Assembly (NCBI GenBank): GCA_046331705.1
Contig: JAXLQJ010000035.1
Location: 1 to 64,000, forward strand
Length of the DNA stretch: 64,000 nucleotides
Source: a bacterium
GTDB taxonomy: Bacteria; JADJOY01
Direction of reading: 5' to 3'
Numbering within the stretch: position 1 is the first letter of the stretch; each line of letters starts with the position of its first letter. The position numbers and the translations under genes were made by a program. Under the pieces are notes generated by a model, which did no database searches, was not told where the DNA came from, and worked only from the letters and a program-made list of their open reading frames with translations. Of the stretch, positions 39,125 through 48,240 are shown piece by piece.

Positions 39125-41637
39125 CGAGCCTCCGTGCCCGGGATCTCTTTCGGCCATGTGAAACGGAACGTAACACCGCGCGGCGCAGCGGGCTCCACTT
39201 CGATCGTGCCGCCGCGCAGCTCCACGAGCCGTCGGACCAACGCCAGCCCCATGCCGCTGCCTTCGACCTCGTCCCGCGGTCTGAGCGTTTCGAACATCGC
39301 GAAGATGCGGGAATGGTACTCGGATGGGATGCCTGGACCGTCGTCCGAAACCCGGAACTCGTGCGCTGCCGGCGTGTCTCGCCACGCCACCGTGATCACG
39401 CCGCTCGTGCCATCGTGGTGCTTGATGGCGTTGCCGATCAGATTCTGGAAGACCTGGTGGAGCCCGGTACGATCGGTGCGAAGCACGGGAAACGGACCGG
39501 GCGCCTCGAGGCGGAATCCCGGCGGCCACTCGAGCAGCGACGACACGTCGCGCAGCAGCACCGCCACGTCCACCAGGTGGAGCTCGTTGCGCGTCTTGGA
39601 CGCACGCGCGTATTCCAGGAGCGCAGTGAGCAGCGCATCCATGCGCCGCACCCGGCCACGCAAGAGATCGAAGTGCCGCTTCGAATCATCGCCCGCATGG
39701 GCTCCGAGATCGGCCACGAGCCAGCTCGTGAGCTGGTCGATCGCCCGCAGTGGTGCCCGCAGATCGTGAGAGGCGACGTACGCGAACTGCTCGAGGTCGC
39801 GGTTGGAGCGCACGAGCTCCTCGGTACGACTCGCGAGCTCTCGCTCGGCGCGTCGCCGCGCCTCGACGTCCCAGACCACCGCCAGCGTAAAGCGCCCCGC
39901 CGCGAGCTCGACCGGCCCGAGCGCGACGTCGATCCCGAACGTCGAGCCATCCTTGCGCAGCCCGGCCAGCTCATTCGCCTCCCCCATCGCACGAGTTCGC
40001 GGCGCACGCGTGTACTCGCTGCGTCGGTCGATGTGCCGTTCGCGGCGATCCGCCGGCAGCAAGGCTTCGACGTCAGCACCGACCAGCGCGCATTCGTCGT
40101 AGCCGAACATCTCGTGACAAGCATGATTCGCCTGGTAGATCGTGCCGTTCGCCGCAACCAACAGCATGCCGAGGGGAGCCTGCGCCACGATGCTCTCGAA
40201 CTGCTGCGAGCGCGCCAGCGCCGCTTTCCGCAGATGTTGGATCCGACCGATCGTCACGGAGAGGCCGAGGCCCGTCGTGAGGAGGATCCAGGCCAGCGGA
40301 GATCCGTGATCCGCCGAATCGACGATTCGAAGCGTCCAGCGTCGATCACCCAGCTCGATGTGAACGGCGGCGCTCGGCAGCGTGCGACGAACGGAGGTCA
40401 CAGAACGGTGCACCGCGTCGACGCCGTCGGCGACGAACGCGACCTCGAAGGGTGCGAAGGGCTCGGCGAGCGCGCGAGCCAGCGCCAGCGGGTCGAATGC
40501 CGCGGCGACGTACGCTGCGGACTGACGGTCCTGGACGCAGGGAACGACGAAGACGAGCGAAGAGCGCTCCGGCCCGGCGTCGTTGCCGTCCTGTGCGAGC
40601 GGATCGAAGGCCGTGATCGGGCGCCCGCTCGCGATCCGTGCACGAATCGCAGTCGCGACCCCGCGAACGTCGATCGGCGTCGTCCCTGGCAAGTGGCGCT
40701 CGAGCTTTTCCTGATCCCCGAGCCCGAGCCACGCAATCGCCGTCACCTGCGGCGCGGTCGCGAACAAGCGGTCCGTCGCCGTCGCCCAATCGAGCCCCGA
40801 CGGTGCTCGCTCTTCCCATTCGTGGCCCCAATGCAGAGTCACTTGCGCCATCGACAGGACCGACGCCCGCCACTGGGCTGCGAGCGAACGCGCCAGCGCC
40901 TCGACCCTCGCCTGCTGATCGGCCGCGGACTGGATCAGCAATGCGCGCCACAGACCCATCCCGACGGCGGCCGTTGCGAGCGCCCAAGCAATCGGGTACC
41001 AGCTCGGTATCGCTCGTGAATCACGTCGTTCGCCGAGCAAGAGCTGGAGCAGCCCAGCGCTGACTAGAGCGAGTCCGAACGCGGTGGGTATCGCCATCTC
41101 TGAGAAGCGGCCCCAGGCGAACGCACCCGGAACACCGAACCCGTGGCCGACCAAGGCGAGCACGCCGATCGCGAGCACCATGCTCGCAGCGACTCCCACG
41201 AATGCATCCCGTCGGGCGCTCGACGGTCCCGCGGCGGCAGCCAGCGCGACTCCGAGAAGCACCAGGCAGCACGACACGTTGAGCCCCATCCGGCCGTTGG
41301 CGCCGTCCACCACGAAGCCCACCGGAATGAAAGCGGTGTCGATGCCGAGCGAGACTCCCGCCAGATGCTCGAAGGTGGTGAGCGTACCGATCAGCGCGGC
41401 GGCGCTTCCCGCCACGGCGGCAACCGTGCGAACCCGCCGTTGCAGCGCCCACAAGCTCGCCCCGGCACAGACGAACGCCAGGCCCGAGTTGAGCTGAGTG
41501 GCCACGCGCCCGGGCTCGAGCTCGATGAGCGCGCGCGCCTGCAGGCGCCACGCGATGATCACCAACAACCCGAAACCCAGGCCGCAGATTCCTGCGAGCG
41601 CGGGTAGCAGGCTGCGAAGTCGCGCCGGCAGCGTCAT
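39121..41637 (-). CDS. membrane-bound PAS sensor histidine kinase
   Basis: ~7 N-terminal TMs, extracytoplasmic domain, PAS, YVASHDLRAPLR, NLIGNAIKH, DDGPGI, GSGMGL. Confidence 0.92.
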   Translation of the reverse strand: MTLPARLRSLLPALAGICGLGFGLLVIIAWRLQARALIELEPGRVATQLNSGLAFVCAGASLWALQRRVRTVAAVAGSAAALIGTLTTFEHLAGVSLGIDTAFIPVGFVVDGANGRMGLNVSCCLVLLGVALAAAAGPSSARRDAFVGVAASMVLAIGVLALVGHGFGVPGAFAWGRFSEMAIPTAFGLALVSAGLLQLLLGERRDSRAIPSWYPIAWALATAAVGMGLWRALLIQSAADQQARVEALARSLAAQWRASVLSMAQVTLHWGHEWEERAPSGLDWATATDRLFATAPQVTAIAWLGLGDQEKLERHLPGTTPIDVRGVATAIRARIASGRPITAFDPLAQDGNDAGPERSSLVFVVPCVQDRQSAAYVAAAFDPLALARALAEPFAPFEVAFVADGVDAVHRSVTSVRRTLPSAAVHIELGDRRWTLRIVDSADHGSPLAWILLTTGLGLSVTIGRIQHLRKAALARSQQFESIVAQAPLGMLLVAANGTIYQANHACHEMFGYDECALVGADVEALLPADRRERHIDRRSEYTRAPRTRAMGEANELAGLRKDGSTFGIDVALGPVELAAGRFTLAVVWDVEARRRAERELASRTEELVRSNRDLEQFAYVASHDLRAPLRAIDQLTSWLVADLGAHAGDDSKRHFDLLRGRVRRMDALLTALLEYARASKTRNELHLVDVAVLLRDVSSLLEWPPGFRLEAPGPFPVLRTDRTGLHQVFQNLIGNAIKHHDGTSGVITVAWRDTPAAHEFRVSDDGPGIPSEYHSRIFAMFETLRPRDEVEGSGMGLALVRRLVELRGGTIEVEPAAPRGVTFRFTWPKEIPGTEAR

Positions 41638-42370
41638 CGGCTCACCCGACCTCGGTCACGATGTGCGCGGAAATCACGGCCGTCGTGCGACCGTGCAGAC
41701 GGATCTTGGCCGGCGCTCGCGTGATCTCGCCCCTCGTGCATGTGGCGCTAGAGTCGCCGAGCGCACCGATGACGATCAAGACCTGATCGACGCCGAAAGG
41801 CGGCGTTCGCAAGATCTCGCGCCACCTGCCAGCTCCCTGGGTGCCCTGCGAATGGCGGTCATCGACAGCGGGTATTCGCGTTCGGCGAGCGGACTGTGAC
41901 CTAGCAAGCAGCATGCAGCAACACCGAGGAGAGCGCGCGTCCGGACTCATCTGGCGGCTGGAAGTGGCTCGGGAGTGGACCGCCTCGCGGCATACCCTTC
42001 CGCATCGGCCCGGCCAGAACGGTCGATTTGTGGCTGCCTCGACGACGATCACGCTACCGCTGGTGCCACATCGACACATCCAAGCGTCCGGCGACCGGTT
42101 GAACCGATCGGCGCAACCTGCTGGAATACCTCGAACATCCTCATCGGCGCCATGACAGACGCTGACGGCGGCTCCGAACGCGTCGGCAACCAGGGTGGGT
42201 GACGAGCGAACGAGGTAGCCAAACACGTGCTGTCCACTCTGGAGAATCGAAGCGGCACCGATATTGCAGACGCGGCAGATCAGCCACCGGCGGCGTCCCG
42301 CGAAATCGGGATCGGCGTTGCATCGCCGTCGCGCGAGACGCCCCGAAGCGGCGGAAAGGTTGTTTTCCGA

Positions 42371-44215
42371 GTGACTCGCGACATCGACGACGACGGCCAG
42401 CCAGGGACTCCGATCCGGATCCTGCTGATCGACGACGACGTCGTCGATCGGGAAAACCTGCGCCGTCTCCTCCGACACACCAAGCTCGAGGTCGTCGTCA
42501 CCGAAGCCGGCTCGGCACGGGCTGCCTTGTCACTCTTGGAGGAATACCATTTCGACGTGGTGCTCCTCGACGTGCGACTCGGTGATGCGAGCGGCTCGGA
42601 GCTGCTGCCTTGCATCCTCGGCGAAACCGGCGAGCGCCGTTGCGCCGTCATCATGGTCACGGGCCAAGGGGACGAACGAAGCCTCGTCCACGCGATGCGC
42701 GCCGGAGTCTACGATTACTTGGCCAAGGGCAGCGTCACGAGCGAAGCGCTGGAGCTGGCGATTCTCGGGAGCATGCGGTGGCTCGAGCACGATCGCCAGT
42801 TGCGCGAGGCGCGCGAGCGCCTGACGCGGCTCGGGATGTACGACCCGCTCACGGGTCTCCCCAACCGCACCCTGTTCTTCGATCGTCTCGAGCAAGCTCG
42901 CGCCGCCACCCAGCGGGGTGCGCCGCCGTTCGCCCTGCTCATGATGGACCTCGACTTCTTCAAGGAGGTCAACGACACGCTAGGACACGAGGCGGGCGAT
43001 CTCATGCTCTGCGAGGTGGGCAACCGGCTCCGTGAGATCACTCGCTCCAACGACAGCTTCGCGCGCGTCGGGGGCGACGAGTTCAGCGGGCTGCTGCATG
43101 GCGTGGACTCCGTCGCAGCCGCCGTGATCGTCGCCGAGAAGATCAGCGCGTCCGTTCGGCAGCCGGTCGTGATCGAGGGGCAGATGGTCTCGGTCGGCAT
43201 CTCGATCGGCATCGTGCTGGTCAACGACGCATCGATCAGCTCGCGGATTCTCTTGAGCTGGGCGGATCAGGCCATGTACAGCGCCAAGCGCGCGGGTCGC
43301 GACTACGAGATATTCAGCGATCGGGGCGAAGTTCCCGAGCCTCGCCCGCTGCTCATCGCCGCACAGCTTCCCACGGCGCTCGAGCGGGGGGAGATCTATC
43401 TTCACTACCAGCCGAAGATCGATCTCGGAACCGGTGAGATGGTTGGCGTCGAGGCGCTGGCGCGCTGGACCAGCCCGACGCTCGGCGAGGTGGCGCCGGG
43501 CGAGTTCATTCCGATCGCCGAGCGTTCGGCCGCCATCCAAGCCATCACGCGTCGGGTGGTCGAGCTGGCGCTCGATCAGCACGACGCGTGGTGCCGCGAC
43601 GGAGTGGTGTTGCCGGTGGCGGTGAATCTTTCGCCACGCTCGCTCGACGACGAGGGTCTTCCCGAGTTCGTACGGCATGCGCTCGCCGTGCGCAACATCG
43701 CGCCGCGACTTCTGACGCTCGAGCTCACCGAGACGGCGCTGGTCTCGAACACGAGCCGCGCTCGCAACGTGCTGGAGCAGATTCGCGCCATGGGGGTCGG
43801 CCTGTCGATCGACGACTTCGGGGCAGGATTCACCTCGTTCCGCTATCTGCGCGACTTCGAGGTGTCGGAAATCAAGGTCGACGGCATGTTCGTCGCCCAG
43901 CTTCAGCGCGCACAGCGCGACCAGTCGATCGTGCGCTCCGTGGCGGAGCTGGCGAAGGGCTTCGGTGTGAAGCTGGTGGCGGAAGGCATCGAATCAGAAG
44001 CGCTCTGGCCGATGCTCCGTAGTCTCGGCTGCCACGTCGGTCAGGGCTTCAGCATCGCGCGGCCGATGTCGGGGACCGACGTTCCCAGTTGGAGCGGGCA
44101 CTGGAGCCGCCGGCTCGAGACCCGCAAGGAGTTCTATCGCGGCGTGCGACGACTGCGGGTGAATGACCTGCTGAACACGACTGACATCGCGCCCTCGTAC
44201 GGTTCCCCGAACTGA
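42371..44215 (+). CDS. REC-GGDEF-EAL c-di-GMP cyclase/phosphodiesterase (start uncertain, 42227-42371)
   Basis: LLIDDD, LLDVRLG; DPLTGLPNR, RVGGDEF; VEALARW, IDDFGAG, AEGIE. Confidence 0.92.
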   Translation: MTRDIDDDGQPGTPIRILLIDDDVVDRENLRRLLRHTKLEVVVTEAGSARAALSLLEEYHFDVVLLDVRLGDASGSELLPCILGETGERRCAVIMVTGQGDERSLVHAMRAGVYDYLAKGSVTSEALELAILGSMRWLEHDRQLREARERLTRLGMYDPLTGLPNRTLFFDRLEQARAATQRGAPPFALLMMDLDFFKEVNDTLGHEAGDLMLCEVGNRLREITRSNDSFARVGGDEFSGLLHGVDSVAAAVIVAEKISASVRQPVVIEGQMVSVGISIGIVLVNDASISSRILLSWADQAMYSAKRAGRDYEIFSDRGEVPEPRPLLIAAQLPTALERGEIYLHYQPKIDLGTGEMVGVEALARWTSPTLGEVAPGEFIPIAERSAAIQAITRRVVELALDQHDAWCRDGVVLPVAVNLSPRSLDDEGLPEFVRHALAVRNIAPRLLTLELTETALVSNTSRARNVLEQIRAMGVGLSIDDFGAGFTSFRYLRDFEVSEIKVDGMFVAQLQRAQRDQSIVRSVAELAKGFGVKLVAEGIESEALWPMLRSLGCHVGQGFSIARPMSGTDVPSWSGHWSRRLETRKEFYRGVRRLRVNDLLNTTDIAPSYGSPN

Positions 44216-44689
44216 TCCCTCGACTGCGCACCCATCCAGTCCGAGTCCGCCGCTTGCTGGCCTGGCCGCCGCTTCCGAGGCCAGATGGCGCGAAAGTGCA
44301 ACCGGGCAACTCTCCTGACGCCCAACGGGTCTGCGCGTCGAAGCGGTAACCTCTTCAGCTAAATGGCGAGCAAGACGCTACTGGCCCGGCACGCTTCTGC
44401 ATTATCTTCCGTTGCGGCACGTCACCACCAGGACCGGCGCTCGCCGGGGCGGGTACTGATCAGGGGTACGCAAGCGTCCAACGAACGTTGAGCCCGGCGG
44501 TCCCTGCGCGTGGCGGTTACATTCGCGAGCGATGGGTAAGCTAGCGACCTGACACGGCTGCCGTGTGACTTGAATCCGTCCGCCGAGCGTCGGGCCAACG
44601 ATCCGGTACACCCAGACCCGTCAGCGGCTTCGCGACGGGCCCACGCAGTCGCGATTGCCGCCGCCACTGGGCGGCAGGAGTGTCGCCCC

Positions 44690-46636
44690 GTGACCACCAG
44701 CGCCGTCCCTGCCGCTGCCGCCTCGATCGAGCTGCGCGATGGCGCTCGCGCCACCGGAGCGCGACCAAACTGCCGCGAAGAGCGGAACGATTCACGATCG
44801 CTGCTGCTGACCCGTGGTTTCCAGGAGTTGTCGCGCGCGAGCTTCGATCCGCTGGTGATCAGCGTCGACGGTGAAGGGTGCATCCTGGGCTGGAGTGATC
44901 CGGCGCGGGCGATGTTCGGGTGGGAGCAATCCGACGCACTCGGTCGTTCGTTGATCGAGCTGCTGGCTGCACCGGGTTCCCGCGAGGCATTCACACGCGC
45001 GATCACGCCTCGCGGCCTCGGGGACGAGGGCCGAGCGCCGAGCGAAGCCGACGAGCTGTTCGCCGTGCGGAAGGATGGTGCGCGGCTAGCCGTGGAGATC
45101 TGGACACTCGTCGTTCCGAGGTCCGACGACACGACCCGCGCCGTTGTGGTGCGGGATCGGTCGACGATCGCGCGCGCCTCGTCCGCCGAGCGCCAGCTCG
45201 CCGCGCTCGTCGAATCATCCGATGATGCGATTATCGGCAAGACGCTCGACGGCACGATCGTGAGCTGGAACCGCGGGGCCGAGGCTCTCTACGGGTACAC
45301 GGCTGCCGAAGTCGTCGGTCGGTCGATCGATCTGCTGGTCCCGCCGGAAGACCGGCACGAGCTCGAGACGTTCCTGGCGGACGTCCGGCGCGGCGAACGC
45401 GTCTCGCGTCGCGAGGTCACCCGCGTTCGCAAGAACGGACAACGTGTCTTCGTCGACTTGACGATCTCACCCGTTCTCGGCGACTACGGCCACGTCATCG
45501 GCGCCTTCGCGATGGCGTCCAACGTCAGCGAACGCCGGCGCGCGGACGAGCTGTTCCGGATGGCCGTCGAGTCCTCCCCCGTCGGGATGCTGATGGCCGA
45601 CGAGCGCGGCATCATCTCGATGGTCAACTCCCAGATCGAGAGCGCGTTCGGCTTCGGCCGAGACGAGCTGCTCGGGCAGCCCGTCGAGATACTGCTACCG
45701 GCGCGGTTCCACGCCCAGCACGCCGAAGACCGGACTCGATACTTCGAGAACGCGCGACGCCGCGCGATGGGTGCCAGTCGGGTACTTCACGCGCAGCGGC
45801 GGGACGGCAGCGAGTTTCCCGTGGAAATCGGGCTCAACCCGATTGCCTTCGGCGATCGGCCCCACGTGCTCGCGGCGATCGTCGACGTCAGCGAGCGACA
45901 GCGCACCGAGGCGGAGATGGCCCGCTATCGACGCGAGCTCGAGCGAGCGAACGCCGAGCTGGACCAGTTCGCCCACGCCGCTTCCCACGATCTGCGGTCA
46001 CCGTTGCGGGCGATCAGCAGCCTGTCGTCGTGGATCGCTGCCGACCTCGGCGGCAACGTCCCGCCGGAGGTCGCGAGCCACATCTCGCTCATGCAAGCAC
46101 GCGTCGCTCGCCTCGAGCGGCTCATCGACAGCCTGCTGGAATACGCGCGAGCTGCACGCCAGCCGCTGCCCCTGGATCGAGTCGACACCGAGGCCGTGGC
46201 GCGGGACACGATCGCCACGTTGGCGCCGCCGGCGGGGATCGAGACGACCCTTCTCCCTGGCTTGCCCACGATCGAGGCGCCGGCGGTGCGTTTCGCGCAG
46301 GTCTTGCGGAACCTCCTCGACAACGCGTACAAGCATCACGACCGCGCGACGGGTCGCGTGGTCGTCGGCTGCAACGACGTCGGCGATCGATTCGAGTTCT
46401 TCGTTCGCGACGACGGGCCCGGCATCCCTGTGGCGCAGCGCGCGAGAGTCTTCCTGCCCTTCCAGATGCTCCGCCCCCGGGACGAAGTGGAGGGAAGCGG
46501 GCTCGGGCTCGCGCTCGCGAAGAAGATCGTCGAGCACCACGGGGGGACGATTCGCCTCGCGGAAAACGAGGGGCGCGGCGCTTGTTTTCTGTTCACGTGG
46601 CCGAAACGGGAACGGATCGACATCGGGTCGTCGTGA
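44690..46636 (+). CDS. cytoplasmic PAS-PAS-PAS histidine kinase (start uncertain)
   Basis: Three PAS repeats (e.g. SSDDAIIGKTLDGTIVSWN), AASHDLRSPLR, NLLDNAYKH, DDGPGI, GSGLGL. Confidence 0.9.
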   Translation: MTTSAVPAAAASIELRDGARATGARPNCREERNDSRSLLLTRGFQELSRASFDPLVISVDGEGCILGWSDPARAMFGWEQSDALGRSLIELLAAPGSREAFTRAITPRGLGDEGRAPSEADELFAVRKDGARLAVEIWTLVVPRSDDTTRAVVVRDRSTIARASSAERQLAALVESSDDAIIGKTLDGTIVSWNRGAEALYGYTAAEVVGRSIDLLVPPEDRHELETFLADVRRGERVSRREVTRVRKNGQRVFVDLTISPVLGDYGHVIGAFAMASNVSERRRADELFRMAVESSPVGMLMADERGIISMVNSQIESAFGFGRDELLGQPVEILLPARFHAQHAEDRTRYFENARRRAMGASRVLHAQRRDGSEFPVEIGLNPIAFGDRPHVLAAIVDVSERQRTEAEMARYRRELERANAELDQFAHAASHDLRSPLRAISSLSSWIAADLGGNVPPEVASHISLMQARVARLERLIDSLLEYARAARQPLPLDRVDTEAVARDTIATLAPPAGIETTLLPGLPTIEAPAVRFAQVLRNLLDNAYKHHDRATGRVVVGCNDVGDRFEFFVRDDGPGIPVAQRARVFLPFQMLRPRDEVEGSGLGLALAKKIVEHHGGTIRLAENEGRGACFLFTWPKRERIDIGSS

Positions 46637-47058
46637 ACGCCAAGCCCGTCACGATTCTGCTCGTGGACGACGACGAGGTGGATGCCCACGCCGTCGAGCG
46701 CGGCTTCAAGCAACTACGGATTGCCAATCCGATCGTACGCGCTCGGGACGGAATCGAAGCGCTGCGATTGCTGCGAGCGCGGCCCGAGGAGTCCGGCATC
46801 GAGAGCCCGTTCATCGTGCTGCTGGACATCAATCTGCCGCGTAAGAGCGGGATCGAGGTCTTGGCGGAGCTGCGCGCCGACGCCGAGCTGCGACGCACGG
46901 TCGTGTTCGTGATGACCACGTCGCGGGCGGACGAAGACCGCTTGGCCGCCTACGATCTGAACGTTGCAGGGTATCTCGTGAAGAATCAGCTCCCCGAAGC
47001 CTTCCTCGCAAGCCTCCAGATGCTCGACAGATACTGGAACGTGGTGATGTTGCCATGA
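46633..47058 (+). CDS. single-domain response regulator (Rcp1/CheY-like)
   Basis: GTGA overlap; LLVDDDEVD, LLDINLPRKSG, MTTS, YLVK, YWNVVMLP. Confidence 0.92.
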   Translation: MNAKPVTILLVDDDEVDAHAVERGFKQLRIANPIVRARDGIEALRLLRARPEESGIESPFIVLLDINLPRKSGIEVLAELRADAELRRTVVFVMTTSRADEDRLAAYDLNVAGYLVKNQLPEAFLASLQMLDRYWNVVMLP

Positions 47059-47936
47059 CCGGTTCGATGCCCATACGACTCCAGCTCTTGGTCGTCGACG
47101 ACGACGCCGTCGACATCGAAACGGTGCGCCGCCAACTGCACGTCGCGGGGCTCGACGCCGACGTCATCGCCGCACCCACCGTGTCGACGGGGCTCCAGGC
47201 GCTCGAGTCCGGCAACTTCGACTGCGCGCTCATCGACTATCGGTTGCCGGACGGCGACGGGTTGGAGCTCATCCGGAGCGCGCTCGCGACGCTCCAGCCT
47301 GCGAGCCCACTCATCCTCTTGACGATGGTCCAGGACGAGTCCGTCGGCATGACCGCGATTCACGACGGCGCCGACGACTACCTGATCAAGAGCCAGATCA
47401 CCGCACCCGTGCTGGCCCGCTCCATCCGATATGCGATCCAGCGGGGGCGAACGCGCGTGGCGCAGGCCACCCGCGAGGCCGTCGAGGCGCACGCTCGCGA
47501 GGTGGACACCTTGAGCCGCCTGGCCTCCTCCGAGGCCACACCGCAGACCGCGCGCGCCTTCGGCATCGTGTCACTGAGGGAAGGCTCGCCGCACCGCTTC
47601 CAGCAGTTCCGCGATGCGTACGCCGAGATCCTCGATCTCGCACTAGAGCAACGCGCCTACAGGGTGCAGCACAGCGTGTCGCTCCGTCTCGCAGCCCTGG
47701 CGGACGAGCTCGGCACGTTGCACGCGGGGCCCCGCGACGTGATCGAGCTCCACTCCACCGTGTTGCGCTGCGCGGACTTCGCGGGCTCGGGAAGCCGCCT
47801 GCGCGCCGTAGCCGAAGAGGGGCGACTGCTGGTGCTCGAATTGATGGGGCACTTGACGCAGTTCTACCGCACGCACTCGATCCGTGGTGATGGCCTGCGC
47901 CGTCGCGACGCCACGACCGGAGGCTCCGATGGCTGA
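47055..47936 (+). CDS. kaiA3: response regulator with C-terminal KaiA-like domain (KaiA3-type)
   Basis: REC (VVDDD, LIDYRLPDGDG, YLIK) plus C-terminal DVIELH...RLLVLELMGHLTQFYR resembling the KaiA C-terminal helices; directly upstream of kaiB-kaiC. Confidence 0.75.
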   Translation: MTGSMPIRLQLLVVDDDAVDIETVRRQLHVAGLDADVIAAPTVSTGLQALESGNFDCALIDYRLPDGDGLELIRSALATLQPASPLILLTMVQDESVGMTAIHDGADDYLIKSQITAPVLARSIRYAIQRGRTRVAQATREAVEAHAREVDTLSRLASSEATPQTARAFGIVSLREGSPHRFQQFRDAYAEILDLALEQRAYRVQHSVSLRLAALADELGTLHAGPRDVIELHSTVLRCADFAGSGSRLRAVAEEGRLLVLELMGHLTQFYRTHSIRGDGLRRRDATTGGSDG

Positions 47937-48228
47937 GTCCACGCTGTTGTTGCGATTGTTCGTCACCGGACACACACCTCGATCCGAGGCCGCGATCCGC
48001 AATCTCAAGCGCATCTGCGAAGAGGAGCTCGCGGGCCACTACGAGCTCGAGATCATCGACGTGCTGGAGCGGCCGCAGCTCGCCGAGAACGAGAAGATCC
48101 TCGCGACCCCAACCCTGATCAAACAGCTTCCCCCGCCACTCCGGCGCATCATCGGTGACATGTCGAATTCGGAGCGCGTCTTGCTCGGGCTCGACGTCAT
48201 CACGAAGACCTCCGCTCCGAAGGGCTAG
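47929..48228 (+). CDS. kaiB: circadian clock protein KaiB
   Basis: LRLFVTGHTPRS...YELEIIDVLERPQLAENEKILATPTLIKQLPPPLRRIIGDMS...LLGLD. Confidence 0.97.
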   Translation: MAESTLLLRLFVTGHTPRSEAAIRNLKRICEEELAGHYELEIIDVLERPQLAENEKILATPTLIKQLPPPLRRIIGDMSNSERVLLGLDVITKTSAPKG

Positions 48229-48240
48229 GAGATACACACG

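Noticed and set aside
41640-42370. ORFs or gene remnant in the gap between the kinase and the GGDEF-EAL gene
   Set aside because: No recognisable domain, repeat or coding bias; treated as a divergent promoter region
44216-44690. c-di-GMP riboswitch (GCGAAAGTGC) or sigma54 promoter (CGGCACGCTTCTGC) upstream of the kai operon
   Set aside because: Other riboswitch core motifs were not found, and the GG-GC spacing is one base short
38693-47058. Light-sensing (phytochrome/LOV) input suggested by Rcp1-like regulators
   Set aside because: No GAF-PHY domains or NCRFLQ motif in any kinase
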